Positions 37,323-50,860 of a DNA stretch of 64,000 nucleotides are shown here, one piece after another. The notes under the pieces are model-generated. The model searched no databases and was not told the origin of the DNA. It saw only the letters and a list, made by a program, of their open reading frames with translations. The stretch spans positions 57,104,001 through 57,168,000 of the forward strand of contig NC_086108.1 of NCBI RefSeq assembly GCF_963921235.1. The letters are read 5' to 3'. The DNA is from Mobula hypostoma. Taxonomy: Eukaryota. Both the position numbers and the translations under genes were made by a program. Numbering within the stretch: position 1 is the stretch's first letter; each line of letters starts with the position of its first letter.

Positions 37323-38933
37323 GCAGAGGTGTGAACGGGGGATCCAGTAGGAGGAGTATGTTAATGATGGATAGAGGGAGTAAGTGGAGGAGAGGACAGA
37401 GACAGTATGATCGGAGAGTAGGAAGAGGTGTGTGGTGTTGGGTATGGGTAGGACAAACTGGGTTTGTTCCTCAGGAGAATTATTTCAAAATTGAAAGCAT
37501 GTCTTATCAACATCACAAATTGTTGGGATACATATACAGAAACAATAGCCATGCACCTAAAACTCAACATTATTTTATCAGAAAATTCTGGGTCATTTTA
37601 ATTAAAAACAGAAGAAAGATCATTAAAGTAAAAAAAAACTGATAGTATATCTCAGTTAGGACCTGTAATCTTGATTGATCTGTGATGACAGAAGGTGTTT
37701 TTAAGCAAGACTAGTACCTAAATATTGAACAGATGTTAGAAAACAATTGCATTTACAGTATACTGTATATCCTTTCACACTCTCAACATATTACCTCATT
37801 CCTGTTGCGTTTTAAATGTAATTAACTCTGTTTTGAGGGACGGTCAATTATGTGGAAATAGGTCCCATTATAATGTGTTAAATTAGCCTTGGTTTGAAAA
37901 TATTTATAGCTCAATAATCTTCAATGGAGTAACTTTAAAATGAAAATACTTTTAGAAAAGTTTCCAGGAAGAGTAATAATATGAAAGTCAACACTGAACC
38001 CTAGGTGATGATGTTGGGACGGTGACATCAAAGAGGGTCTAAAAGATGAGTTATGGAGAGATTCAGCAGAAGAGAAACTGCTTAACTTGGGGATTAGCTG
38101 GCTGTAATTATGGCAGCTCGACATGGGGATTACTGGAAGGAGTCTGTGTGTGTGTATTCAATGGTGGGGAGGACTTTGCGTGTGATGGAAGAGGTTGGAG
38201 AGATAATTTAAAATAAAGCCATAGAAGTTCTTCACCATAACTGGATTTTTAATATAAACTTTGTGCTGGGAACATAATTCAGTGCGAACACAATATGGGA
38301 TAGGATATAGGCCTATATAAAATGTAGGTAGCAGGGCTTTGGAAGACATGACCTTTAGTGGAGGTAGATGAACTGGCAGGAGATTTTTGAAATAATTGTC
38401 CTGAAGCAAACACATGGGCACAGAAATCAGCAGTAGATGGGGTGAGATAACAGATAAAGCTGTGAAGTGCTTTGGCGTTTTAACTGTCCAGGGCTGCAAA
38501 GGCGGAAATAGGTAATCTTTGAGGTTGAAGAGGTATGTGGTTGGAAACTCAACACAGGACTAAGTAACATGTCAGTGCTTCAAAAAGTTTAATTCAGGTT
38601 GAAATGGTGGTTTAGGTAGAAACTGTCAGAGGGGAACAGATTTCCAAGAGTTATAGATTTTACTTTGCAGAATACCCTTGATCAGTTCAGAAAGGAGCTT
38701 CCAGTTGCCAATCACTTTAATTCTCCATCCAGCTTTCCCCTGACCACTTTGTCCCAGCTTTTTAGGTGGATCCAATGTTGCCCAACACAAGATCAGGAAC
38801 CACATTTCATCGTCCAGTTAGACATGCTGCAGCATTCTTTGTGACTGAAATATAATGGAAGAAATTATCCTAAGTGTACCAGGAGTGAGGGAACTGTGTG
38901 TTCCTAGTACTATTTCAATTTAAGTGGCATGGG

Positions 38934-38964
38934 CCTGCTGCGTTCACCAGCAACTTTGATGTGT
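38934..38964 (+). mobile_element. 31-bp Penelope 3'-end micro-insertion with 10-bp TSD
   Basis: cctgctgcgttcaccagcaactttgatgtgt lies between gtggcatggg at 38924-38933 and 38965-38974. Confidence 0.8.
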
Positions 38965-39334
38965 GTGGCATGGGGATGCTGGTGTTTAAAAAATAACATG
39001 GATCACCATACCCCAGGTGCTTCAGTCTGCTGAAGTCCAAATACTTACATGTCTTTTTCACCTTTTCTTTCATTACATCGTTCATCACATGCCCTGTCTC
39101 TATTTACCTGAAGGATCCGTAGTACCAAGAAAATGATCTGCTTTGAGATACTGCATGGGTAAATTAAAATCTTTGTTTAATTTGCTTGTTTACATACCAG
39201 TTAATTTCAGTCAAAAACTATATGCAAACATAATTCATTTTAAGTACCTATCTATACTAATCTTATTTATTTCTCTTCTATCCCAGTTTGTTTGTATATA
39301 TGTACAGTCAGCTGGCAATAAACTTGAACTTAAA

Positions 39335-39550
39335 CTTACTAACCCACTAACACTCCAGGGCAATTTATGGTGGCCAATTAACCTATCAATCTATGCATCT
39401 GGGATTTGGGAGGAAACTATAGCACTGACGGAAGCCTGCAGTCGCAGGGAGGACGTGCGAACTTCATGCAGACAGTACTAGGGACTGAACCCAGGCTGCT
39501 GGGCTGTGAGGTAGTAGCTTTATTAGCTTAGCCACTGTGTTTTGCCCTGT
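39335..39550 (-). mobile_element. Degenerate V-SINE
   Basis: Minus-strand head (cacagtggctaagct...gggttcagtccc) and V-domain-like gtttcctcccaaatcccaga. Confidence 0.6.
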
Positions 39551-39569
39551 GGCCGCTGTGTTCTAGTGT

Positions 39570-41516
39570 GTACAAAGTCGCAAAGAGTAGTGGGAGACTG
39601 GAGGATTGGGAAGACTAAGTTGCAACAGAGAACAACTAAACAAGAAATAAGGAAAGGGGAGATAGAGTATGAAAGTAAATTAGCACAAAATATAAAAACA
39701 GATAGCAAAAGTTTTTATAAACATATAAAGCAGTAGAGGGTGGCTGAAGTCAATGCAGGTCCCTTGGAAGACGAGAAGGGGAAATTGATATTGGATGATA
39801 AGGAAATGGCTGAGGCATTGAACGACTATTTTGTGTCGATCTTCATGATGGAGGACGCGTCTAATATGCCAAAGAAGGATGTTATGGATGAACTGGGAGG
39901 TGAGGACCTTGATAAAATCACTGTTACTAAAGAGATGGTGATGAGCAAACTAGAGGGCCTGAAGGTAGATAAGTCCCCTGGTCCTGATAGAATGCACCCC
40001 AGGGTGCTGAAGGAATTGGCGGAGGTTGTAGACGTGTTGGTAATCATTTATCAAAACTCTCTAGACTCTGGGCAGGTCCCGGCAGATTGGAAGACAGCAA
40101 ATGTCACGCCACTTTTTAAATAAAAGAATGTAGTCAAAAGACGGGCAACTACAGGCCAGTTAGCTTAACATCTGTAGTCACGAAAATCCTTGAAGCTGTC
40201 ATTAAGGAAGAAATAGCGAAACATTTAGAAAGGAGTGGTTCCATTAGACAGACACAGCATGGATTCAGAAAGGGCAGGTCCTGTTTGGCAAACTTACTGG
40301 AGTTCTTTGAGGACATAATGAGTGCAGTGGATAGAGGGGAACAGGTGGATGTCGTATACTTGGATCTCCAGCAGGCGTTCAATAAGGTGCTGTACAAGAG
40401 ACTTTTAAATAAGATATGGAAATATGGAGTAGGAGGAAGTGTATTGGCATGGATAGTTGATTGGTTAACCGATGGAAGGCAGAGAGTTGGTATAAATGGG
40501 TGTTTCTCTGGTTGGCAGTCGGGTGAGTGTGGTGCCGCAGGGGTTGGTGCTGGGCCCGCAGCTATTTACCATTTACATTGATGATTTGGAAGAGGGGACT
40601 GAGTTTAGTGTAGCAAAATTTGCTGATGACACTAAACTGAGTGGAAAAGCAAATTGTACAGAGGATGTGGAGAGCCTGCAGAGGAATATAGATAGGTGAA
40701 GTGAGTGGGCCAAGGTCTGGCAGATGGAATACAACGTTGGTAAATGCGAGATCATCCACTTTGGAAGGAATAATAGAAGAGCAGATTATTATTTAAATGG
40801 TGAAAGGTTGCAGCATGCTGTTGTGCAGAGGAACTTGGGAGTGCTTGTGCATGAATTGCAAAAAGGCAAACGGAATGTTGGCCTTCATTGCTAGAGGGAT
40901 TGAATTCAAGAGCAGGGAGGTCATGCTGCAACTATACAGGGTACTGGTGAGGCCGCACCTGGAGTACTGTGTGCTGTTCTGGTCTCCTCCATGGAAGGAT
41001 ATATTGGCTTTGGAGGCAGTACAGAGGATTGGTACCTCACCAGGTTGATTCCAGGGATGAAGGGGTTAACCTATGAGGAGAGACTGAGTCACCTGGGACT
41101 ATACTCTCTGGAGTTCTGAAGAATGAGAGCAGATCTTATAGAAACATACAAAATTTTGAAAGGGATAGATAAGATAGAAGTAGGAAAGTTGTTTCCATTG
41201 GTAGGCGAGACTAGAACTAGGGGACATTGCCTCAAGATTCAGGGGAGAAGATTTAGGACGGAGATGAAGAGAAACTGTTTTTCCCAGAGAGTGGTGAATC
41301 TGTGGAATTCTCTGCCCAGGGAAGCAATTGAGGCTTCCTCACTAAATATATTTAAGGAACAGTTAGATAGGTTTTTACATAGTAAGGGAAGTAAGGGTTA
41401 TGGGGAAAAAGGCAGGTAGGTGAAGCTGAGTTTACAGACAGATCAGCCATGTTCTTATTGAATGGTGGGGCAGTCTCAATGGGCCGTATGGCCAATTCCT
41501 GCTCCTATTTCTTATG
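39570..41516 (+). mobile_element. CR1 LINE, 5'-truncated, with stops and frameshifts
   Basis: KSPGPD, NLLEFFED, KFADD, RPHLEYC and FSQRVVNLWNSLP motifs. Ends ttcttatg. Confidence 0.93.
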
Positions 41517-42067
41517 AAGGGAAGAATGTTTAGGGGGATAGATGAGGTGCCAGTCAAGCAGGTGATAGGTCTCAAATGGGTTCAAGTTTCTTGAGAGCTA
41601 TTGAAACTACACTCAACCAGCAACCAGAATACCGAGAGTATTCTGTTATAGTAATGACACGCACCTTGTAGAAGGTGAAAATACCTTGGGTGTCAGGAAT
41701 GAGTCACTTACCACAGCATATTCAGACATTGACCTACTCTTGCATTTAGAGTATTAAGATGACTGGTCAAGTTGAGTTTCAATGATGACTCGAAGATATT
41801 GATGGTGAAGACATGATGATAGTAATGTTATTAAATGTCAAGGTAGGTAATTAGACCGTCTTTTATTTGCCAATGCCTGGCATTTTTGTGATGAAAATAT
41901 TAATCCACTTGTCTAAATGTTGATCAAAGTTCAGTAAACCTTGCTGCATGCAGGCGTAATCTGCTTTTTTGTGTAGAACTAAAATTTCTATACTCATCAG
42001 GAAACATCTCACTTCTGAGCTTGCAATGCAAGGAAACTCATTAATGAAGCGACTGAAGACATATAAT

Positions 42068-42382
42068 GTTGCTACAAGAGATTCTGCAGATGCTGAAAAT
42101 CCAGAGTAACACACACACAAAATGCAGGAGGTATTTGGGTCAGGCAGCATCTGAGAAGAGGAATACAACAGTTGACATTTTGAGCCAGGACCCTTCATCA
42201 GGACTGGAATGGAAGGGGGGAAAGCCAGAATAAGAAGGTGGGGGGAAGGGAAGGAGAGCAAGCTGGCAGGTGATAGGTGAGATCAGGTGAGGGGGAAGGT
42301 GGGTGGAGGAGGAGGGATGAAGTGAGAAGCTGAGAGGTGATTGGTGGAAAAGATAAAGGGCTGAAGAAAAAGGAATCTGAGG
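42068..42382 (-). mobile_element. Penelope-like 3' UTR with hammerhead remnant (42169-42206)
   Basis: The minus strand reads cagtc-CTGATGA-agggtcctggctc-AAAA-tg-TC-aactg. Confidence 0.8.
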
Positions 42383-42800
42383 TATAATATTGCCCTGAGG
42401 GACTCTTTCAATGATCTTCTGTGACAAGGAGGGCTGACTTCCCTAACAATCACAATCATCTTCCTTTTCCATTTATTTGAATATTTTCTTCCTGATGCCC
42501 ATTCACTTCAAGTCCAGCCAGCCATGGGGTGTGGAACACATCTCTCATGTCTGCTGTGAAAAATTATGACTAATGTCCAACTTGCTCTGCAAAACATTAG
42601 GAAAAATAATTCTCAATGTGCTGATGTGTGCTGCCACAGTGTGTGTGCATACCTTTGTACTGTGTTTTTCTGTGAGCGAGCTGTGTGAATGTTGCACAAG
42701 GCGGTAAGAGTGTGAGTGTTACAATGCTGAATATTTCATTTGGAATTTGAGAAGTTTAGGTAGCAACCTTGACTGAAACAGTTGTGGAGAGCTGAGGATC

Positions 42801-43675
42801 TCATAGTCATAGTCATACTTTATTGATCCCGGGGGACATTGGTTTTCGTTACAGTTTCACCATAAGTAATAAATAGTAATAAAACCATAAATAGTTAAAT
42901 AGTAATATGTAAATTATGCCAGGAAATAAGTCCAGGACCAGCCTATTGGCTCAGGGTGTCTGACCCTCCAAGGGAGGAGTTGTAAAGTTTGATGGCCACA
43001 GGCAGGAATGACTTCCTATGACGCTCTGTGTTGCATCTTGGTGGAATGAGTCTCTGGCTGAATGTACTCCTGTGCCCAACCAGTACATTATGTAGTGGAT
43101 GGGAGACATTGTCCAAGATGGCATGCAACTTGGACAGCATCCTCTTTTCAGACACCACCGTGAGAGAGTCCAGTTCCATCCCCACAACATCACTGGTCTT
43201 ACGAATGAGTTTGTTGATTCTGTTGGTGTCTGCTACCCTCAGCCTGCTGCCCCAGCACACAACAGCAAACATGATCGCACTGGCCACCGCAGACTCGTAG
43301 AACATCCTCAGCATCATCCGGCAGATGTTAAAAGACCTCAGTCTCCTCAGGAAATAGAGACGGCTCTGACCCTTCTCGTAGACAGCCTCAGTGTTCTTTG
43401 ACCAGTCCAGTTTATTGTCAATTTGTATCCCCAGGTATTTGTAATCCTCCACCATGTCCACACTGTCCCCCTGGATGGAAACAGGGGTCACCGGTACCTT
43501 AGCCCTCCTCAGGTCTACCAGCAACTCCTTAGTCTTTTTCACATTAAGCTGCAGATAATTCTGCTCACACCATGTGACAAAGTTTCCTATCGTAGCCCTG
43601 TACTCAGCCTCATCTCCCTTGCTGATGCATCCAATTATGGCAGAGTCATCAGAAAACTTCTGAAGATGACAAGAT
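42801..43675 (-). mobile_element. Young Rex1/Babar-like LINE 3' fragment
   Basis: Open ORF 42943-43542 (KTKELLVD, YKYLG, RLYFLRRLRSF, HPLH) with KFSDD upstream. (TATGAC)n tail at 42801-42818. Confidence 0.9.
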
Positions 43676-44664
43676 CTGGATCACCTCCTGAGGACAAAGC
43701 ATCACAAGCAGTGCTGTGCTTTAGTGATCAAGACCTGTTTAAGGGATGGAGCCACTTAATTAGCACAAGACGCATTGCAAGGCTGTTCAATATTCACTTA
43801 TAGTAGTTACTTCATGTAAACTAATTTAAAACTGTGCCAAATGTGCTTAAGCTATGCGTACACTATTATATAAAGAGCGCATTAAAAAAACTGGGCAGCA
43901 GCAGTACTGTAAGATGATGGTTCAATTTCAAAACAGTACTACTTTAATCCATATATTTCCGTGTACAAAATTCCTGTCTTTTTAATGAAACATTAAAGTG
44001 AAGTCCCAATTCTAAGACTGACATAGAATATAGTACCATTAGAAGCAGGATGATGTTCTCATTTTGAGAACTATTAATGTCACATCTATAGTCACCAACT
44101 AAACAGACTATTGCATCAATATTTGTTTATATGATCTCACTGAGAATACATTCCTGGCAACAGAGACAATAATTATTCACTACAGAGCATTTTGAGATAT
44201 AAAAATACTATATAAATACAAAGGTATTTGTTAGTGGCACAGTATTTTGGCCACTATTGGTTTTCATCGGGAAGAATATGAATTTGCTTCCTCAGTCAGA
44301 TAGTTCCATGTAGATGGAAATTTCAAGTGTGTCCCTGGGGTAAATTGAATGAGTCTATAGCAAAAGTTATAGAGAGTTATATTGAAGGGGGCTGCCTGTG
44401 ATGGATTTCAGCTGGAGGTCGGCTAGGGGCAAACTGCACATCTCAGCATCCCATCCTAGGTAGAATGAAGTTTGTATAACCATTGTCTGATAAATGGAAA
44501 CAGCCATATAACTGTCAGACTTGTGTAAGGGTACATGAATTTACTTGGATTTCTGAAAGGGAAATCATGTTTGTCCAATGTACTGGAGTTCTTTGAGGAT
44601 ATAATTAGTAGAATAGATAAAGGAAAACCCGGTGGATGTGGTGCTTTTGGATTTTTAGAAACAG

Positions 44665-45322
44665 TATCAGCAAATGAGCTCAACCCTGCAATCGAAGCAT
44701 CACCTTTGTGAAAGCTGGAGAGCAGCCAGAAGCAAGAGTAAAGCCACCCACAGGGACTCTGGCACCCACACACGACTGGCAGCTCATGACTGACCCGGAG
44801 AAATAACTAAAGTTCCCACAGCACATCATCAAGATTACCTTGAGACCAGACATCCTCCTGATCTCAGAGGCAGCAAAACACATCATCCTGCTAGGCCTGA
44901 CAGTGCTGTGGGAGGAGCGTCTGGGGAAGCCCATAAGAGGAAGCGTGCCAGACATGAGCAACTGATCAGTAACTGTTGGTGGCAGGGACGGAAGGCAAAG
45001 TGCATGCCTGTTGAAGTGGGTTGCTGGGGCTTCTCTGGATGGTCTTTTCACAGAGCCTTCAGCGCATTGGGTGTCACTGGTAGAAGGAGGCAGAGCACCA
45101 TCAGCAACAGCATCGAGGCAGCAGAGAAAGTCTCAAGATGGCTCTGGATGAAGAGAGCAAGTCCATGGGGATCTGCAGCATATGCTACCTGAACACAAGT
45201 CATGGCTTGATCAACCATGGCTGGGTCACCTGCCTAAGGGTGTCTGATACTGAAAGACCCAATGCACCCAGTGATTCCAGGTTACATCACTGATGATGTG
45301 TTCAGAGCATCATGTGATGTAT
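44665..45322 (+). mobile_element. Hero-clade (R2 group, restriction-like endonuclease) non-LTR retrotransposon 3' end
   Basis: Reads FVKAGEQ...DWQL..D...KFPQHI..TLRPDI......HIILLGLTVLWEER...AHKRKRARHEQL...PVEVGCWGF...AAEKVSRWLWMKR, recognisable as a Hero RLE domain. A structured 3' UTR follows. Confidence 0.82.
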
Positions 45323-45934
45323 TCTTCAAAAATAACAAAAATAATTGTGTCAAAATTTGACATAAAAGGCTAGTATCCAGAACTAAACCATGTGGTATTG
45401 GAGGGTTGCTTAACAGGTTGGCATGAATTGAAATTTAATTGACCAAGAGAAAAGTAGGAGTTTCTATCACTGACATTAATGCTTGGGTCTTAGCTATTAA
45501 TAATATACATCAATTATTTGAATGAGGGAACCAAGTGGAATGTTTGAAAGTTTGCCAATGACACTAAACTGGGTGGGATTATGAAATGTGAGTAAAAAGG
45601 CTTCAAGGTATTTTAGACATAGCAGAATCAGTCCAACAGGATTAAAGGTAAAGTTATTCATTTTGGGAGGAAAATCAGAAAGGCAGCATATTATTTACAG
45701 AGATTTGGGTGTTCTTGTGCAGCTGTCACTGAAAGCAAGTATGCAGGTGCAACAAGTAACTAAGAAGACATGGCATATTAGCTTTCATAGTAAGAGGATT
45801 CAGTCCAGGAGTAAGAGTGTTATGCTCCATTCATAGCTGATTGCAATAAAATACCCTTAAAATGTTGTGAGCAGTTTTGGTATCCCTGTCCCAGAGGGAA
45901 TGCAGCAAACATTAAGCAAAAAAAAGTTCCTGGG

Positions 45935-46182
45935 TGCTTTGCTTTGCTTTTAGTTAGTTGCACGGTGGGTTTTTTTTTTGGGGTTTTTTTCTTTTTTTTC
46001 CATTGATATATATAAAATCTAGTATACTATTATGTTATCTTGGTTTCTTATGCTTAAATTACATTGTTTGTAGTATTTTCTTTTTGGTATTGTTATCTTT
46101 TGGAATTTTATTATACTTTAACATTGTATTAATGTTTATATGGCTTACCTTTTTTGTATACTTACTCAATAAAAAGATTAAA
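45935..46182 (+). mobile_element. L1-type 3' UTR insertion with poly(A) and 17-bp TSD
   Basis: A8-gttcctggg at 45918-45934 and 46183-46199. AATAAA at 46168. T-rich body. Confidence 0.8.
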
Positions 46183-46964
46183 AAAAAAAAGTTCCTGGGA
46201 TGGTCTGGGGAGAGATGAAGCTCAGCAGATTAGTATTCAGTAAAGCACAGAATGAGAGAGGATGTGACTGAAACTGATAAAGTGCTGACAGAGCGAGACG
46301 GATGTTTCTTGTGAGCAGTGGTATCTGCAACAAGGAGTCACAGTCTCGAGATACGAGCTTGAGATTTAAGAGTGAGATAAATGTCTTCACTCAGAAATTG
46401 ACGAATTCATTTCACTCCCACAGAGGGTTAAAGAAGCCAAGTTACTGAATCGTTTTGTGACAAAAAAGCTTCTAAGCACACAAGGCATCAAGGGGTTTGA
46501 GGAAAGAGCGAAAGAATGGCATTAAGATAGATGATCAGCTATGATGGTATCAAAAGGCAGTACAGACTTGAGGACGCCAAAAGGCCTACTCCTGTTTTAT
46601 ACGTTTCTATGTGAATGACAAGTCATATTCATTCTGACCTATCTACCTCCTGATATTGATGCTTCTGTCTTTCTCCAAAATCATTATACTGTAAATAGGA
46701 AGCCTATTCTGGAAATACTATAGTTACTGGGTTAAGAATTGTTACACCACATCAATTGGCACAAAATTTCATTAAAAATAACAAAAGCATTACAGAACAT
46801 GAGAGAAATGACAGGAAAATTAGCAAATAAAATCACATTATTAGGCTAGTTAAATGAACTTCTAAACATAGATCGGTCCCTAATAATCCTGGATCTCCAC
46901 CTTATTCATTGGTTAACTCAATCTTAGATATGTTGGAATAACTGAAGACCACTGTTTAAATAGC

Positions 46965-47712
46965 CGGAGTAACACACGAAATGCTGGAGGAACTCAGCAG
47001 TTCAGGCAGCATTTATGAAGAAGAATGAAGAATTGATGCATTGGGCCAAGACCCTTCATCAGGACTGGAAGGGAAGGGGGAAATAGCCAGAATAAGATGG
47101 TGAGGGCAGAGGATGGAGTACAAGCTGATAGATGAAGCTATGTGAAGGAAAGGTAGGTTAGTGGGGGAGGGGTGAATGAGAAGCTGGGGGTGATAGGTGG
47201 AAAGTATAAAGGGCTGAAGAAAAAGGAATCTGATAGGAGAAAAAGGGAAGGAGGAGCACCAGAGGGAGATGATAGGCGGGTAAGGAGAAGAGAAGAGGTG
47301 AGAAGGAGGCAGAATCAGAAATGGAAGAAGAGAGAATGGGGATGGGGAAAAATTGCTGGAAATTAGAGAAATCGATGTTCATGCTGTCAGGTTGTAGGCT
47401 ACCAAGATGGAGTATGAGGTGTTGCTCTTCCAACCTGAAAAGTGGCCTCATCTTGGCAGTAGAGGAGGCCATGGACTGACATCTTGGAATGGGTATTGGG
47501 ATTAGACTTAAAATGGTGGGCCACTGTGAGATATTGCTTGACAGAGCAAAGGTGCTTGACAAAGTGGTCCTCCAACCTACATTGGGTCTCACCAGTGCAG
47601 AGGAGACTGCACTGGGAGCATGAGATACAGTAGATAATTCCATCAGAATCACAGCTGAAGTGCTTCCTCACCTGGAAGGACTGTTTTGGACCCTGAATGG
47701 TTGTGAGGGAGG
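46965..47712 (-). mobile_element. Penelope-like element 3' portion with a degenerate GIY-YIG endonuclease
   Basis: FSCDSDGIIYCISCSQCSLLCTGETQCRLEDHFVKHL and EEQHLILHLGSLQPDSMNIDFSNF. Hammerhead remnant at about 47031-47067. Confidence 0.88.
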
Positions 47713-49249
47713 ATCTCCTGATTATTTATCCCTTCCTCCCCCTTCTCTGCAGAATCTATTGTACTTAAACAGCCAGGTTCTTTTTGACCACAGAACATCT
47801 CAAAGTACTTTGCAGCCAATGAGATAATGTTGGATTATAGTCACTGTTGTGAGAAGAAAGGCAGAAAATTGCACAAGCACTTAAAGATTGTTTCTGAACG
47901 TCATTGAACATTCAAATTATGTTCTAGCAGGTCTCTGGTTTTCACCCAGCAAACTCCACCTATCAACATCAAAGACGACTTGAAACATGAAATGGCTGGA
48001 GATCCGAAGATTCTTCTATTATTTTCTAATTATAGTTCAGGTAACTGGAAAGGAGAGGAACTGACGAAAATAATTTCTTTCAAAATGTAATTGGTGTCCA
48101 CAGGCTATTGCCTGAAAGGTATGTGGAAGAAGAAATCTTCATCACATCCAAAAGTTCCAGGAGGAGCATAAGGCATTCAGAAGCCTACGAGGGTGTGTGG
48201 ACTGATAGCTCTATAGTCCATTAGTTTGATTCTCTCTTTTTGACTAGAATGATCACAACAGGCTAAATACTCTCCTTCTCTGCTATAATCTTCTAGGATG
48301 TTATGTATCTGTACATTGTACTCATATCTGGGGTTACCAGTAAGTGGTCCTGGTGCCCAAAGTATTGATTATTTCATTGCTCAGTAATAACATAACTCAA
48401 AAATAAATAAATATTGTACAAAAATGTGAATAAATTCGAAGTCATGAATACAATACATTGAATTCCAGTACTGATAATGACTGATCTATCTATGAATGAC
48501 TATAACTGTTACTATTGAAAAGTTATTTGACTGGAAAGACATAAATATACATGTAATACCACATTGTTCCATATAGATGTTAATTGCATGTTTGATTGTC
48601 ATTTGGAAACTTCACTGAATGTGCAGCAAATACTGGCACTTATTCTTGTGTGGGTGGCAAGCAGGCATTGGTATGGAGGAAAACAACACATATAATTAAA
48701 GTGCTCCCTGGCCTACATTCAAACACCCACACAAAACTCAAGCTATCACGACCAACAGACCCTGTTAGAATTACTAATGTACAGAAACAAAATTATGTTA
48801 AAACTGCTCATCTAAAAAAAACTTTCTCATAAGATGCAAATATATATGTATTTGCATACATCTTCCTTTGTTTTATGAAATTAAAAAGAATCATTTACCT
48901 TTTTTATGCATTAGAAAATTTTAGTTATTTCTGCATTTTAAAAGATCTGAATTGAAAATGAGCATTAATAAATGCAGCATTTCTGACTCGTGGTGAATGC
49001 TGAAATATTGTCCTGCTTTCACCGGGGAGATTCCACTGACTCTTAGAAATCCCAAGGCAGAAGAAAGACCACTAATCTGCACTCTGGAGCACTTAATATC
49101 AGCATGGGAAAGTGAAATTCCTTAAAAATCTGATCTGATACAATGGGGATGTGAAAATGGGTGGACATTAAGCTGCTTTTACAGTCAGGAGATGCATTTC
49201 CTATGTTGGAAGTCATTTAGTATTTTAAAACAGCAAAGGGCTGCTCATT

Positions 49250-49510
49250 TTTTTATTTGCACAGAACAGGCCCTTCTGGACCACCAGCCTATGCTGTCCA
49301 GCAAGCCACTGGTTTAACCCTAGCTTAATCATAGGACAATTTACAATGACCAATGAAACTACTAACCAGAATGTCTTTGGACAATGGGAGGAGACCTCAG
49401 CACCTGGAGGAAACCTACATGCACACGTACAGAGGACATCAGACATGAATTCCGCCACGCTGTGCTGTATTAGCATTGTGCGAAGCACTACGCTACTGCT
49501 GGTGCCGTGA
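49250..49510 (-). mobile_element. V-SINE (HE1-like)
   Basis: V-domain gtaggtttcctccaggtgctgaggtctcctcccattgtccaaagac and tail gaagggcctgttctgtgc. Confidence 0.8.
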
Positions 49511-50147
49511 CATCCCTCGAGCGACAGGGGTGCTTAGCTTAAGCTGGAAATGAACTGTAGTATAAGGAGGACATAGAACTCTATTAAGTGTTAACCAGTT
49601 CAGTATCATTGAATTGAAATATTGAAGGCAGACAGTAAATAGATGCTGTGGTAATAAGACAATTCTTTTTAAAAACTCACTTTGCAACCACATAATTTAG
49701 ATCCTAATTACTGGAGAAAGTTAATCCGAAGACCAAATATTCAAATTTCTGAAGGAAGCAATATCAAATAATAGTTTATTTTGCTGGGTTCTGACTAAGG
49801 TTTTACACTTTAAATATCGTGTGCTCAATCATCAGATGTTGTCTAGACCATTGGGAATGTCTTGTCTTTTCCAGTATTGTTTCAGAATTTCAGCATCTGC
49901 ACTATTTTGATTTAAAATATTAAAATAATTCCTTCCTGAATTGGAGCTATTACATGTTTAAGGAGTCTAGAAAAGTGCAAAGAAAAACTTCAGGATACCC
50001 CAAAGTAGTTCAGAGAAAAATACTGACTTTGGAAGTGCACTCACTTTTGTTATGAAGGAAAACACAGCAGCCAATTTGTGCACAGTAAGATCCAACAACC
50101 AGTGAGATAAATAAATGAATAGTTAATGTTTCTGAAGATGTTAACTC

Positions 50148-50860
50148 AGAGGGATCAGAAGTGGAGACAGTGAGCGGTTTCAAGTTCTTGGGTGTCAAGA
50201 TCTCTGAGGATCTAACCTGGTCCCAACATATCGATGCAGTTATAACGAAGGCAAGACAGTGGCTATACTTCATTAGGAGTTTGAAGAGATTTGGTATGCC
50301 AACAAATACACTCAAAAACTTTTATAGACGTACCGTGGAGAGAATTCTGTCAGGTTGCATCACTGTCTAGAATAGGGGGGAGAGCTACTGCACAGGACCG
50401 AAAGAAGCTGCAGAGGGTTGTAAATTTAGTGGGCTCCATCTTGGGTACTAGCCTACAAAAGTACCCAGGACATCTTCAAGGAGCAGTGGCTCAGAAAGGC
50501 AGCATCCATTATTTAGGACCTCCAGCACCCAGGGCATACCCTTTTCTCACTGTTACCGTCAGGTAGGAGGTGCAGAAGCCTGAAGGCTCACGCTCAGCGA
50601 TTCAGGAACAGCTTCTTCCCCTCTGCCATCTGATTCCTAAATCAACATTGAACCCTTGGACACTACCTCACTTTTTTAATATATATTATTTCTGTTTTTT
50701 GCACAACTTTTAATCTATTCAATATATGTACTGTATACTGTAATTGGTTTAGTTATTAATTTATTTTGTCTTTTTCTTCTATATTATGTACTCCATTGTA
50801 CTGCTGCTGCTGTTGACAAATTTCACGTCATATGCCGGTGATAAAAAAGTTGATTCTGAA
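50148..50860 (+). mobile_element. Rex1-like LINE 3' fragment, same family as 17520-20577
   Basis: FKFLGVKISEDLTWSQHI...ARQWLYFIRSLKRFG. Carries one copy of the segment that is tandemly expanded at 19407-20127. Confidence 0.9.

Larger units (their letters stand above)
44530..46612 (+). mobile_element. Old CR1 remnant (44530-44660 and 45350-46612) split by Hero and L1 insertions
   Basis: GFLKGKSCLSNVLEFFED at about 44550, later RDLGVLV, and a 3' stem-loop with a tttctatg end. Confidence 0.75.

Noticed and set aside
45240..45304. Hammerhead in the Hero 3' UTR (CTGATGA at 45290-45296, GAAA at 45252)
   Set aside because: GAAA does not follow the partner strand of the stem after CTGATGA, so the junction cannot be built.
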